Counted from the first letter of the stretch, positions 19,871-27,534 are shown. The stretch: DNA of 44,530 bases from a virus (IMGVR_UViG_3300028534_000008:1-44530); one strand, 5' to 3'. Notes: generated from the sequence alone by a model not told the origin. Made by a program: numbers and translations.

Positions 19871-19899
19871 TTTACATTTTTATATTTGTTTGTTACAAT
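19871..19899 (+). promoter_or_regulatory. Sigma70-like early promoter (TTTACA-N17-TGtTACAAT)
   Basis: -35 TTTACA at 19871..19876, exact 17-nt spacer, TG at 19891..19892, -10 TACAAT at 19894..19899. Lies upstream of the first rightward early gene. Confidence 0.55.
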
Positions 19900-19942
19900 G
19901 TAGGTGCAATGATTAATAATAACCAAAAATGAAAACAATACT

Positions 19943-20033
19943 TAAAAGACAGAAGTGTGTACTCCTACATCTAAGTGATCATTGCAATTTTCATTTTTTG
20001 GTAGGAAGTAGGAGCTTACACTTTTGTCTTTTT
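19943..20033 (+). promoter_or_regulatory. Long imperfect hairpin in the 5' leader of gene 20064 (candidate attenuator/riboregulator)
   Basis: 19943..19968 pairs with 20008..20033 (about 24 bp counting G-U pairs, with one 2-nt internal loop) around a 39-nt loop. The 3' arm runs into TTTTTGTTGTGT. Confidence 0.5.
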
Positions 20034-20063
20034 GTTGTGTCTAAACATTTAACCTCGTGAACT

Positions 20064-21518
20064 ATGAAAGACAGTGAAATTATTAAAAAGTTACCACATA
20101 ACACAAAGAAAATACTTGAATATTTAGGGTACGTTAATGATAAGTCTAATCCATTACATGCTACACTTGGAGCAATATATTTACAGGCGTCTAGATATGC
20201 ATGTTGGAATAGGTGTTACTTAGATGGCTTAAAAGGTCTTGAGCCACCATCGTTGTATTTTGTTAATTTTGCAAAATCTGGTGCATATAAAGATGAGATA
20301 ATGCGTACAATAGCAGATGTAAACAAAAAACCTTTAAGTGAGCAGAGGGATAAAAAGAACAAATGGTTTGAGTTAATGGAAATGAAGTACAATGATGGCT
20401 TAAAATGTTTAAAAAATAGTGATAAGGCTGAATACAAAGAAAATAATAAGGTTGTGAGGTGGAGAAACACATATTCAGGTGGAACTGTTCAGGGGATGTA
20501 TATAGATAGAAAGGGGATGTTTGACGCAGGGTTTGGTGCATTACACTTTGAGCATTCAGAAGTTATGGACTTACTAGGGAAAAAAGATAGTACTGCAAAG
20601 GAGATAATGGAAATTATGAAAGATGTATTTCCAAAGGGTAATTCTAAATCTGAAACGACTGCATCAAGCAGACGTGTCCCAATAAACAATGTGCCAATGA
20701 CTATGTTTCTACATGGTGTATCATCCGGTTTAAAGGAAAATAAAGATTTAATGGATATGTTGATATATATACTTGAGTCAGGAATGGCGAAAAGGTCATA
20801 TGTATTTTTCGATACTAAACATAGGCGTGCAAAGTTAACATTTGATGAGCTTGAGTTGAACGAGATTGAAGCAGCAATGTTAAGACCAGATATAGAAGAT
20901 ATTTTTTACAACGCATATAAGGCTGTTGAGCTTACTGGTGTTAATGGTAATTATAAGCAGTATAAAGTTATAAAGCTTGGCGATGGGGTTAAGAGGAAGA
21001 TGAACGAATATAGGAATTTATGTATTGACAAGGAGGAGGTTGAGACCAGTAAGGTGTTAAAAGCAGAGGTTACAGATAGACACTGGAAATCGTTACGTTT
21101 AGCCACTGCGATTGCTTTAATAGAGCATCCAAAAAAATTAATTGTAACACTAGATGACTACAATATAGCTGGTATACTAACTGAACACTGGGGGCGTCAG
21201 TTTAAAGAATTCTTAAAAGATAAGACCCAGCCATTACATTATGAAGTTTATAATTATATTTTAAACAATCCAAAGTGTTCTAAGATGGACATTAGGAACG
21301 CATTGAAGTTTGGTACGAATCCTAGTAGTACAAAGCTACTTGATTCATCTTTAGAAGTTGCATTTGAATTGGCAGAGGAGAACGGGAATGCTGTAAAGAT
21401 TGAAAAAAATGGGCGTGGGACTAAATATGAATTTATAAGTAATCATTTAATAGATGTTGAAAAGTATAACGATAAGAAATGCTTATCTAGTATAAACCTA
21501 GACGATATAGATATTTAA
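20064..21518 (+). CDS. Large early protein (484 aa), possible replication-initiation/helicase-associated (DUF3987-like?) protein
   Basis: First gene of the rightward early operon. It has only a degenerate Walker-A-like FAKSGAYKDE and no clear P-loop. The family guess is weak. Confidence 0.3.
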   Translation: MKDSEIIKKLPHNTKKILEYLGYVNDKSNPLHATLGAIYLQASRYACWNRCYLDGLKGLEPPSLYFVNFAKSGAYKDEIMRTIADVNKKPLSEQRDKKNKWFELMEMKYNDGLKCLKNSDKAEYKENNKVVRWRNTYSGGTVQGMYIDRKGMFDAGFGALHFEHSEVMDLLGKKDSTAKEIMEIMKDVFPKGNSKSETTASSRRVPINNVPMTMFLHGVSSGLKENKDLMDMLIYILESGMAKRSYVFFDTKHRRAKLTFDELELNEIEAAMLRPDIEDIFYNAYKAVELTGVNGNYKQYKVIKLGDGVKRKMNEYRNLCIDKEEVETSKVLKAEVTDRHWKSLRLATAIALIEHPKKLIVTLDDYNIAGILTEHWGRQFKEFLKDKTQPLHYEVYNYILNNPKCSKMDIRNALKFGTNPSSTKLLDSSLEVAFELAEENGNAVKIEKNGRGTKYEFISNHLIDVEKYNDKKCLSSINLDDIDI

Positions 21519-21548
21519 TAAAACATATATAATTTAACCAAATAAAAT

Positions 21549-21770
21549 ATGTGGATAGAAAAAAGCGACAGTAGCGAAACTATAAATCTTGATAGTGTAA
21601 GTAAGATTATAGTTGAAGATGGTTTAACCGTAATAGCATTTGTACATAATAACGGTTCAAAAAGTTATTTTCGATTTAGAACAGGTGATGATGCAGTATA
21701 TTGCTATAGTAGAATAGTATTTGCACTTGAAAACGGTGATGCGTTTTTAAATGTTGACGAAGAAGATTAA
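21549..21770 (+). CDS. Hypothetical protein (73 aa)
   Basis: ORF with the A-rich upstream context aaccaaataaaatATG. Confidence 0.5.
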   Translation: MWIEKSDSSETINLDSVSKIIVEDGLTVIAFVHNNGSKSYFRFRTGDDAVYCYSRIVFALENGDAFLNVDEED

Positions 21771-21825
21771 TTATATATAATAATACCAGTTATAAACTTC
21801 AAGTTTATTTAACTAATGTGCATTT

Positions 21826-21852
21826 AGACATCTCTGCCCGAGGTGTCTTTTT
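21826..21852 (+). terminator. Rho-independent terminator
   Basis: agacatctc-tgccc-gaggtgtct gives a 9-bp stem (one G-U) followed by TTTTT. Confidence 0.75.
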
Positions 21853-21941
21853 GTTTATAAAAGAAAATATAAAATACTATTGCTTTTTAATTGTATATAA
21901 TATATAATGAAATTACATTAATTAAATAAAACAAAAGAATT

Positions 21942-22088
21942 ATGGAATTTACGCAAAAGGAATCAGAAATGATGTTGCAATGCCTTGAGTTTGCAAAGAT
22001 TACAGTAATACCTACGGATGGTGAGCTTGATTTGATGGAAACATTAATTAAAAAGATATTATTATCTAAACCGAAGAAAGATGAATAA
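21942..22088 (+). CDS. Small hypothetical protein (48 aa), below the ORF-track cutoff
   Basis: Hand-translated as MEFTQKESEMMLQCLEFAKITVIPTDGELDLMETLIKKILLSKPKKDE. Co-oriented with its neighbours and preferred over antisense track ORF 21887..22123. Confidence 0.4.
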   Translation: MEFTQKESEMMLQCLEFAKITVIPTDGELDLMETLIKKILLSKPKKDE

Positions 22089-22151
22089 TATTTTAGTAGA
22101 TTGTGAAACAGCGTTATACGCATTGGAGATTATATATTTAATATCGTAAAA

Positions 22152-22256
22152 ATGAAAAAACAAACAAAATGTACAAAATTGAAAGCAATGCTTTTAATTG
22201 AGGTTGGAATGTTAGCAATACTAATACCGATAGCGGTAGCAAGATTATTTAAATAA
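22152..22256 (+). CDS. Tiny single-TM protein (34 aa)
   Basis: MKKQTKCTKLKAMLLIEVGMLAILIPIAVARLFK: a basic N-terminus followed by one hydrophobic helix. Confidence 0.35.
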   Translation: MKKQTKCTKLKAMLLIEVGMLAILIPIAVARLFK

Positions 22257-22264
22257 AAATAAAC

Positions 22265-22414
22265 ATGGGAAAATCAAGGAAAGAATTAGAGCTAGAGATA
22301 GCACGATTAAAAGACAAGTTAAGGCGTGCTAATTGGAATTTAAGCATAATGAAGACAATGCTTGAATCAAACGGATTCAAAGTAAATGGAAAATTAAAAT
22401 TAACAAATAACTAA
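22265..22414 (+). CDS. Small coiled-coil protein (49 aa)
   Basis: MGKSRKELELEIARLKDKLRRANWNLSIMKTMLESNGFKVNGKLKLTNN. Upstream context ataaaaataaacATG. Confidence 0.4.
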   Translation: MGKSRKELELEIARLKDKLRRANWNLSIMKTMLESNGFKVNGKLKLTNN

Positions 22415-22420
22415 AGCAAT

Positions 22421-23071
22421 ATGAGTATAAAATTGATAAATGATAATTGTTTAAATGTAATTGGTGATATTACAACAAGCAACAGTATTATAGTAACAGA
22501 CCCACCGTTTAATATAGGGTATAAATATAATACATACAAAGACAAGATGCGAAAAGAAGATTATTATAATATGTTATATAATATAATATATAACAAGATG
22601 GCTGTTGTTATACATTATCCAGAACAATTACATGAGTTAAGTATTAGGCTTGGGTATGCACCAACAAAGGTTGTTTCATGGGTTTATAATTCAAACAATC
22701 CGCGTCAACATAGAGATATAGCATTCTATAATGTGTCACCTGATTTTAAAAAGGTTGGGCAACCATACAAGAACCCAACAGATAAACGTGTTAAAAAGCT
22801 TATAGCACAGGGGAAAAAAGCTAGGATGTATGACTGGTTAAACATACAGCAGGTTAAAAATGTATCTACTGAGAAAACTGAACACCCTGCACAAATGCCA
22901 ATTAGTGTAATGGAGAAAATAGTAGGATTATTACCTAGTGACAGTGTTGTAATAGACCCATTCATGGGTTCAGGGACGACAGGTGTAGCATGTAAGAATC
23001 TTAACGTAGATTTTATAGGGATAGAATTAGATGACAAATATTTTGAGATAGCAAAAGAAAGAATAGTTTAA
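22421..23071 (+). CDS. Beta-class DNA methyltransferase (N6-adenine or N4-cytosine), 216 aa
   Basis: Motif IV IVTDPPFN lies near the N-terminus and motif I VIDPFMGSGTTGVA near the C-terminus. That IV-TRD-I order is the beta class. No cognate nuclease is seen. Confidence 0.85.
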   Translation: MSIKLINDNCLNVIGDITTSNSIIVTDPPFNIGYKYNTYKDKMRKEDYYNMLYNIIYNKMAVVIHYPEQLHELSIRLGYAPTKVVSWVYNSNNPRQHRDIAFYNVSPDFKKVGQPYKNPTDKRVKKLIAQGKKARMYDWLNIQQVKNVSTEKTEHPAQMPISVMEKIVGLLPSDSVVIDPFMGSGTTGVACKNLNVDFIGIELDDKYFEIAKERIV

Positions 23072-23082
23072 CTAAAATAAAT

Positions 23083-23253
23083 ATGGAAAAACTAGTATTA
23101 ATGACATTTAACGCAATTGTGTTTGGATTCGTTCTAGCAGCATTAGTAGTAATGTCATCGACAGGAAAGGGAAGGAGAGATTTACCAGGTGCAGCATTCG
23201 CATTGATAGCGATCAGCACACTTGGAGTAGTATTTATAACATTCTTTAACTAA
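23083..23253 (+). CDS. Small two-TM membrane protein (56 aa), below the ORF-track cutoff
   Basis: MEKLVLMTFNAIVFGFVLAALVVMSSTGKGRRDLPGAAFALIAISTLGVVFITFFN. Confidence 0.45.
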   Translation: MEKLVLMTFNAIVFGFVLAALVVMSSTGKGRRDLPGAAFALIAISTLGVVFITFFN

Positions 23254-23260
23254 AAACATT

Positions 23261-23404
23261 ATGGAATTATTATTTTTGATAATAGGTGCGATTAATGCGA
23301 TATTTGCATTATGTGGACTAGTTGCGTATATGGTTACAGATGATACAAAATATTTATTAATGGCAGTGTTCCAATTAAATATTGCAATATTGTGCAAGAT
23401 ATAA
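23261..23404 (+). CDS. Small two-TM membrane protein (47 aa), below the ORF-track cutoff
   Basis: MELLFLIIGAINAIFALCGLVAYMVTDDTKYLLMAVFQLNIAILCKI. Confidence 0.45.
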   Translation: MELLFLIIGAINAIFALCGLVAYMVTDDTKYLLMAVFQLNIAILCKI

Positions 23405-23421
23405 CAAATAACTAAAATAAA

Positions 23422-23637
23422 ATGAGTATTGGAGAAGCTGAAGACGCTATATTAAAAGGAGAATATAGGTTTGCGATGAATATGATAAAAAGTATAACCG
23501 TTCAGCGTGTAATTGAGGGTGAGTATAATGTACATATAGATCCTTGTTGTAATTTATCACCTATTGATTTAGAGGTTGGGAGTGAAACGAGTAGAATATA
23601 TGAAATACCTATAATGTTAATAAGAAAAATTAAATAA
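23422..23637 (+). CDS. Hypothetical protein (71 aa)
   Basis: ORF with upstream context aaataactaaaataaaATG. Confidence 0.5.
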   Translation: MSIGEAEDAILKGEYRFAMNMIKSITVQRVIEGEYNVHIDPCCNLSPIDLEVGSETSRIYEIPIMLIRKIK

Positions 23638-23647
23638 CTAAAACAAC

Positions 23648-23869
23648 ATGAAACAAGACGCAAAAGGTCAAGAAATAAAGCAAGGGTATACTATACAGGT
23701 TTTAGTTGGTGATAGAATAAAATATTATACAGTGCACGCATATAAGGGAAAGATATTTGCAGGGCGTATAAATTCAAACGGTGTTGTAAGGCGTATACCT
23801 TTAAAAGATTTAAAAAGTGAAAATATATTAATAATAAACAAATATGAAAATTATAAAAAACAACATTAA
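23648..23869 (+). CDS. Hypothetical protein (73 aa)
   Basis: ORF with upstream context ataactaaaacaacATG. Confidence 0.5.
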   Translation: MKQDAKGQEIKQGYTIQVLVGDRIKYYTVHAYKGKIFAGRINSNGVVRRIPLKDLKSENILIINKYENYKKQH

Positions 23870-24515
23870 GACGATAGTAACAGGAATTATCTTTACGATA
23901 GTAGGAGTTACATTAACAACGCTAGCATTAGCGAGTACAGCTATTGATTTAGCACCATACGAGAACGATTATAAAGAAAAGGTATCGAACATTAAGAAAA
24001 TAGAAGCAACGCTAAAAACGGCTAAAAATGAGTTATGTGTTAGTGAGAGGAGTTTAGCGAATGCTAAGTTACAAGCATACTTAGATAAAGACATTGATTT
24101 AAGTAAAGATGACTTGGTGCGTTTAATGGGGAAAAGCAAATGGGCATGCGGAGAAGACTATATTGCCGAGGTCAGGAAAAAGGTCGAGGTTATTGAAGAA
24201 AATGATGTTTTGGATATGGATTGTTTAGCTTTAGGTGTAGCCACAGCTGAGACAGGTAATTTTGCAAGAGGTGCTGGAGTAACTAAAAACAATGGGTTTG
24301 GAATTATGTCTTGGCCTAATGGTGTTAGAACTTTAAAAACATATGCAACAAAACAAGATTCTATTGATGACTTTAAAAGAATTTGGTCAAAGAATTACAA
24401 AGTGTATCCTACATATAAAGAAGCTAGGAGATGGACTGGTAATAATGCACCTGTTACATGGATGCGAAATGTAGATGCAACATATAATAAATGTGTAAAT
24501 AGTAAAAACAAATAA
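23844..24515 (+). CDS. Membrane-anchored lysozyme-like (glucosaminidase/FlgJ-type) protein (223 aa)
   Basis: N-terminal TM IVTGIIFTIVGVTLTTLALA followed by a coiled coil. ALGVATAETGNFARGAGVTKNNGFGIMSW resembles the A..ESGwG....NN.FGI core of the glucosaminidase domain. Motif from memory. Confidence 0.4.
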   Translation: MKIIKNNIKTIVTGIIFTIVGVTLTTLALASTAIDLAPYENDYKEKVSNIKKIEATLKTAKNELCVSERSLANAKLQAYLDKDIDLSKDDLVRLMGKSKWACGEDYIAEVRKKVEVIEENDVLDMDCLALGVATAETGNFARGAGVTKNNGFGIMSWPNGVRTLKTYATKQDSIDDFKRIWSKNYKVYPTYKEARRWTGNNAPVTWMRNVDATYNKCVNSKNK

Positions 24516-24573
24516 AAACTATTGACTTTCATAAATCTATAATGTACAATGAAATCACATTAGAAATAAACAA
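24514..24573 (+). promoter_or_regulatory. Promoter/leader cassette copy 1 (AAAAACTATTGACTTT ... TACAAT ... ACATTAGAAATAAACAA)
   Basis: TTGACT at 24522..24527, 17-nt spacer, TACAAT at 24545..24550. The conserved 17-nt leader starts 7 nt downstream of the -10. Confidence 0.6.
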
Positions 24574-24580
24574 CAAAACT

Positions 24581-24937
24581 ATGAATGATTTACAAAAAAC
24601 AAACGAGGTGTTGATTGAAGCGATTAGAAATTTAAACAATTTAATTGCACAAAAGAGAGTTAAGTTAGCAATACCAGTTAAGGCGTATATTTATAAAGAT
24701 TATGTTGATAATATTGAAGATCAATATTTGCATGATTGGTGTTTGGAGGAAAAGATGCGAATGTTGATTGATATGAGTGATGAGAACGCTAGTATTGAAG
24801 ATTTTATGAAAGAGTATAGAGATATACACGCAGACCCAGAAACAAAGATTGATTTTTTAATAGGTGAGGAAATAGAAGATTGTGGATATAGAGAAATGGA
24901 AAGTGTGACGCAAAATTATAATCAATTAATAGCGTAA
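24581..24937 (+). CDS. Hypothetical protein (118 aa; start moved from track ATG 24542)
   Basis: ATG 24542 lies between the -35 and -10 of the promoter. In-frame ATG 24581 has the recurrent context aaataaacaacaaaactATG. Confidence 0.5.
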   Translation: MNDLQKTNEVLIEAIRNLNNLIAQKRVKLAIPVKAYIYKDYVDNIEDQYLHDWCLEEKMRMLIDMSDENASIEDFMKEYRDIHADPETKIDFLIGEEIEDCGYREMESVTQNYNQLIA

Positions 24938-24939
24938 AT

Positions 24940-25056
24940 ATGGAATATACAAGTAATTGCTGTTCGGCTAGCATTATAAGCCCCGATTCACAAGGACATG
25001 GGCGTTGCAGTGAATGTCTAGAGAATTGTGTACCAGATGAAGAAAATAATAAATAA
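24940..25056 (+). CDS. Tiny Cys-rich (zinc-ribbon-like) protein (38 aa)
   Basis: MEYTSNCCSASIISPDSQGHGRCSECLENCVPDEENNK. Confidence 0.35.
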   Translation: MEYTSNCCSASIISPDSQGHGRCSECLENCVPDEENNK

Positions 25057-25064
25057 TAATAAAC

Positions 25065-25193
25065 ATGAAAAAAATAGTATTAGAATGTACAGACAAACAA
25101 GCTGAATACATTATTGAAGCAATCGAGAGTGAGGGCTGTAACACTTATGCGGTGATTGAAACTGTAGAAGATTATATACAATTTAACCAATAG
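25065..25193 (+). CDS. Tiny hypothetical protein (42 aa)
   Basis: MKKIVLECTDKQAEYIIEAIESEGCNTYAVIETVEDYIQFNQ, stop TAG. Confidence 0.35.
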   Translation: MKKIVLECTDKQAEYIIEAIESEGCNTYAVIETVEDYIQFNQ

Positions 25194-25195
25194 CT

Positions 25196-25354
25196 ATGAG
25201 TGAATGGATATGTGATGAATGTGGTAAAAAATATGGTTCAAGAGTTCCTGAAATTTCTACATTTCATTATGGCTGGTGTGAATGGTGCGACGAAGAAAAA
25301 GCAGTTACAGAAAGTAGAGATTATGGGTACCCAAAATTATTAAATAACAAATAA
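25196..25354 (+). CDS. Small zinc-ribbon protein (52 aa)
   Basis: MSEWICDECGKKYG...WCEWCDEEK contains paired CxxC motifs. Confidence 0.45.
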   Translation: MSEWICDECGKKYGSRVPEISTFHYGWCEWCDEEKAVTESRDYGYPKLLNNK

Positions 25355-25357
25355 AAC

Positions 25358-25873
25358 ATGAATGAGAAAGAAATATGTAAAAAAATTGCCGAGATTGCTG
25401 CAAAATTGGCTGAAGATTATAAAAAGAGAAATGGTGAAGTGGTTGGAAGTGGTGTAATGAGTACAACAAACGATATTAAGTATTATGATAACGACATGGG
25501 TGGATATTACCTTGGTGTGCAAGGTGTTACAGTAACTACTTATGATGGGCTTAAAATATATAGTATTGAGATTATTAGTAAAAAGACAGATACTAAAATT
25601 AATTGGAGTTTATTCTTTTCTAATATTGAAGAATTAATGAACGGTGCTGATGTAAATGATTTACCACCAGTTGTTGAAAGTTATAACGAATCAGTTGAAA
25701 TTGCATTTAAGGATAAGGAAATACGAGATTTAAAAAATAGATTGATTGAATTAGATATTGATAAAAATGCACTAGAAGATTCGTATAGGTTAATTAAGGA
25801 ATTAAGAATGCAAAACAATGAATGTAATGCAATGAAAAAAGATTTACTAGATAGGATATTTAATAAAATTTAA
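25358..25873 (+). CDS. Hypothetical protein (171 aa) with C-terminal coiled coil
   Basis: ORF with upstream context taaataacaaataaaacATG. Confidence 0.55.
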   Translation: MNEKEICKKIAEIAAKLAEDYKKRNGEVVGSGVMSTTNDIKYYDNDMGGYYLGVQGVTVTTYDGLKIYSIEIISKKTDTKINWSLFFSNIEELMNGADVNDLPPVVESYNESVEIAFKDKEIRDLKNRLIELDIDKNALEDSYRLIKELRMQNNECNAMKKDLLDRIFNKI

Positions 25874-25887
25874 TAAAAAACAAAACT

Positions 25888-26046
25888 ATGGTAGGATTCT
25901 CAGAAAGAAAAGTGATGAAGATTTTAGGAGAAAGTGAAATATCTTTTATTATCAGTTGTCTTAAGATGTTTATAATATCAAGTACTATGCACAGTAACGA
26001 CAAAGTGTTTGCAGAGTCTATAATAAGGCATTTAGAAAAACAATAA
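25888..26046 (+). CDS. Small hypothetical protein (52 aa), below the ORF-track cutoff
   Basis: MVGFSERKVMKILGESEISFIISCLKMFIISSTMHSNDKVFAESIIRHLEKQ. Upstream context aaaaaacaaaactATG. Preferred over antisense ORF 25860..26054. Confidence 0.4.
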   Translation: MVGFSERKVMKILGESEISFIISCLKMFIISSTMHSNDKVFAESIIRHLEKQ

Positions 26047-26062
26047 ATTAACAAATAAAACT

Positions 26063-26479
26063 ATGAACAAAGAACTAAAATTATTACAACAATTGGATGA
26101 TTACGAAAATCTTAATGGTGTGGATAAAATGATGTTAAAGATTGAACTTGAGGATAAGAAGATTCCAGTTCAACAAATAGATATGGAATGTAAAGACGTA
26201 AGAGATTTAGTGAGTAAAATTGTATTAGATGAATTCAATGATGAAGTTGATGGAAGCAGTGTGAGCGAGCTTTATATACTTAGCAGAGAGCCTAGGATTA
26301 AAATGGAGGGCGGACATCAAATTGAGCTTGGAGTTGGTGAGGATGTATTGATATTATCTTTACAAACATATAAACAACTAAAAGAGTTATTAAATAGTAT
26401 AGACGATGAAAATATAAGACAGCAATTAAACGGTGACAGATGGAGAAATGTTAAAAATTTAAACAAAGATAATGAATAG
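26063..26479 (+). CDS. Hypothetical protein (138 aa)
   Basis: ORF with upstream context aattaacaaataaaactATG. Confidence 0.55.
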   Translation: MNKELKLLQQLDDYENLNGVDKMMLKIELEDKKIPVQQIDMECKDVRDLVSKIVLDEFNDEVDGSSVSELYILSREPRIKMEGGHQIELGVGEDVLILSLQTYKQLKELLNSIDDENIRQQLNGDRWRNVKNLNKDNE

Positions 26480-26906
26480 AGAAATAAAATTTAGGACTTG
26501 GGAATATGGGGGAATGTATTATGACCCAGTTCAAAGTACTACGTCAGAGTATATAAATACGCATTTTGTATATGACGGACGTAACGATTGCGTGTTTATG
26601 CAATTTACAGGATTAGAAGATAAAAATGGTGTAGAGATTTATGAGTTGGATATTGTTCAGATTCCATATATAGACCCAGTTGGACATATTCATTATGGAA
26701 CAGACGGTAAGAAGATTGTAGTTGAATTTGAAAACGGTATGTTTGGGTTTCATACTAATACAAAGTTTTGTCCATTAGAGAATTATATAGGAAAAACAAA
26801 AGGTGAGTATGTTCCAAATCATGGGAATAAAACTATGTATTGGGATTTTATAGGTAAAGTAATCGGCAATATTTACGAGAATCCAGAATTAATTAATAAC
26901 AAATAA
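26472..26906 (+). CDS. YopX family protein (144 aa)
   Basis: IKFRTWEYGGMYYD, FMQFTGLEDKNGVEIYELDIVQ and IGNIYENPELI match the characteristic YopX pattern. Confidence 0.8.
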   Translation: MNREIKFRTWEYGGMYYDPVQSTTSEYINTHFVYDGRNDCVFMQFTGLEDKNGVEIYELDIVQIPYIDPVGHIHYGTDGKKIVVEFENGMFGFHTNTKFCPLENYIGKTKGEYVPNHGNKTMYWDFIGKVIGNIYENPELINNK

Positions 26907-26910
26907 AACT

Positions 26911-27279
26911 ATGGAAAACGAAAAAAGTATTTTAAGTGAATTATTAAACAGTAGTGATACATATGATGTTACAGATGTGATTAATCTAAACAGAGATACT
27001 AGAGAAAAGGTTGAAAGAATGTTCAAACCACGTGAAGAAAAAGAGTATGTAATAATTATGATTGACAACACTGATTTTAATAATTTCCCAGGGAAATGGA
27101 GTGCAATTACGTTATTAGAACGGGTAAATCAATATACAGAATTACCACCTAATCATAAGGTAGCGGTACATATGCAAGTTGCAATGCTATTTAATATTGA
27201 TTTTGTTGATATGGAAGACATTGATATTAGACATGCAGTGCTTAAAAGATTATTGAATAAAATTGAACCAACGTTGTAA
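26911..27279 (+). CDS. Hypothetical protein (122 aa)
   Basis: ORF with upstream context aataacaaataaaactATG. Confidence 0.55.
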   Translation: MENEKSILSELLNSSDTYDVTDVINLNRDTREKVERMFKPREEKEYVIIMIDNTDFNNFPGKWSAITLLERVNQYTELPPNHKVAVHMQVAMLFNIDFVDMEDIDIRHAVLKRLLNKIEPTL

Positions 27280-27473
27280 TGAAAAGTAAAGAAATTATAG
27301 ATTTAATTGATAATTATTTATCTATTAGCAAGGAAGACCAAAACAGGATATATTTAAAGGTTAATGAAGATATACCGAAAGTGCATATAGATTTAGAATG
27401 CGGTATTACAAGGCAAGTACTAATAAAAGTGTATAAAGATAATGCGGATTGGAATGATGGTCTAGAATTATAA
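27279..27473 (+). CDS. Hypothetical protein (64 aa)
   Basis: Its start overlaps the previous stop (TAATG). Confidence 0.45.
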   Translation: MKSKEIIDLIDNYLSISKEDQNRIYLKVNEDIPKVHIDLECGITRQVLIKVYKDNADWNDGLEL

Positions 27474-27474
27474 A

Positions 27475-27534
27475 AAAAACTATTGACTTTTATATTTATA
27501 TAATATACACTAGAAGTACATTAGAAATAAACAA
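27475..27534 (+). promoter_or_regulatory. Promoter/leader cassette copy 2
   Basis: Same 16-mer AAAAACTATTGACTTT. TTGACT at 27483..27488, 17-nt spacer, TACACT at 27506..27511. Identical leader ACATTAGAAATAAACAA at 27518..27534. Confidence 0.6.

Noticed and set aside
21792-21808. Perfect 17-bp palindrome ATAAACTT-C-AAGTTTAT just before terminator 21826..21852
   Set aside because: It is AT-rich with 8-bp arms, and a few such palindromes are expected by chance in 44 kb of about 33% GC DNA. No second copy or associated motif was found. It could still be an operator.
24542-24580. Track start ATG 24542 for ORF 24542..24937
   Set aside because: This ATG lies between the -35 and -10 elements of promoter copy 1, upstream of the predicted transcription start. 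In-frame ATG 24581 carries the recurrent upstream motif.
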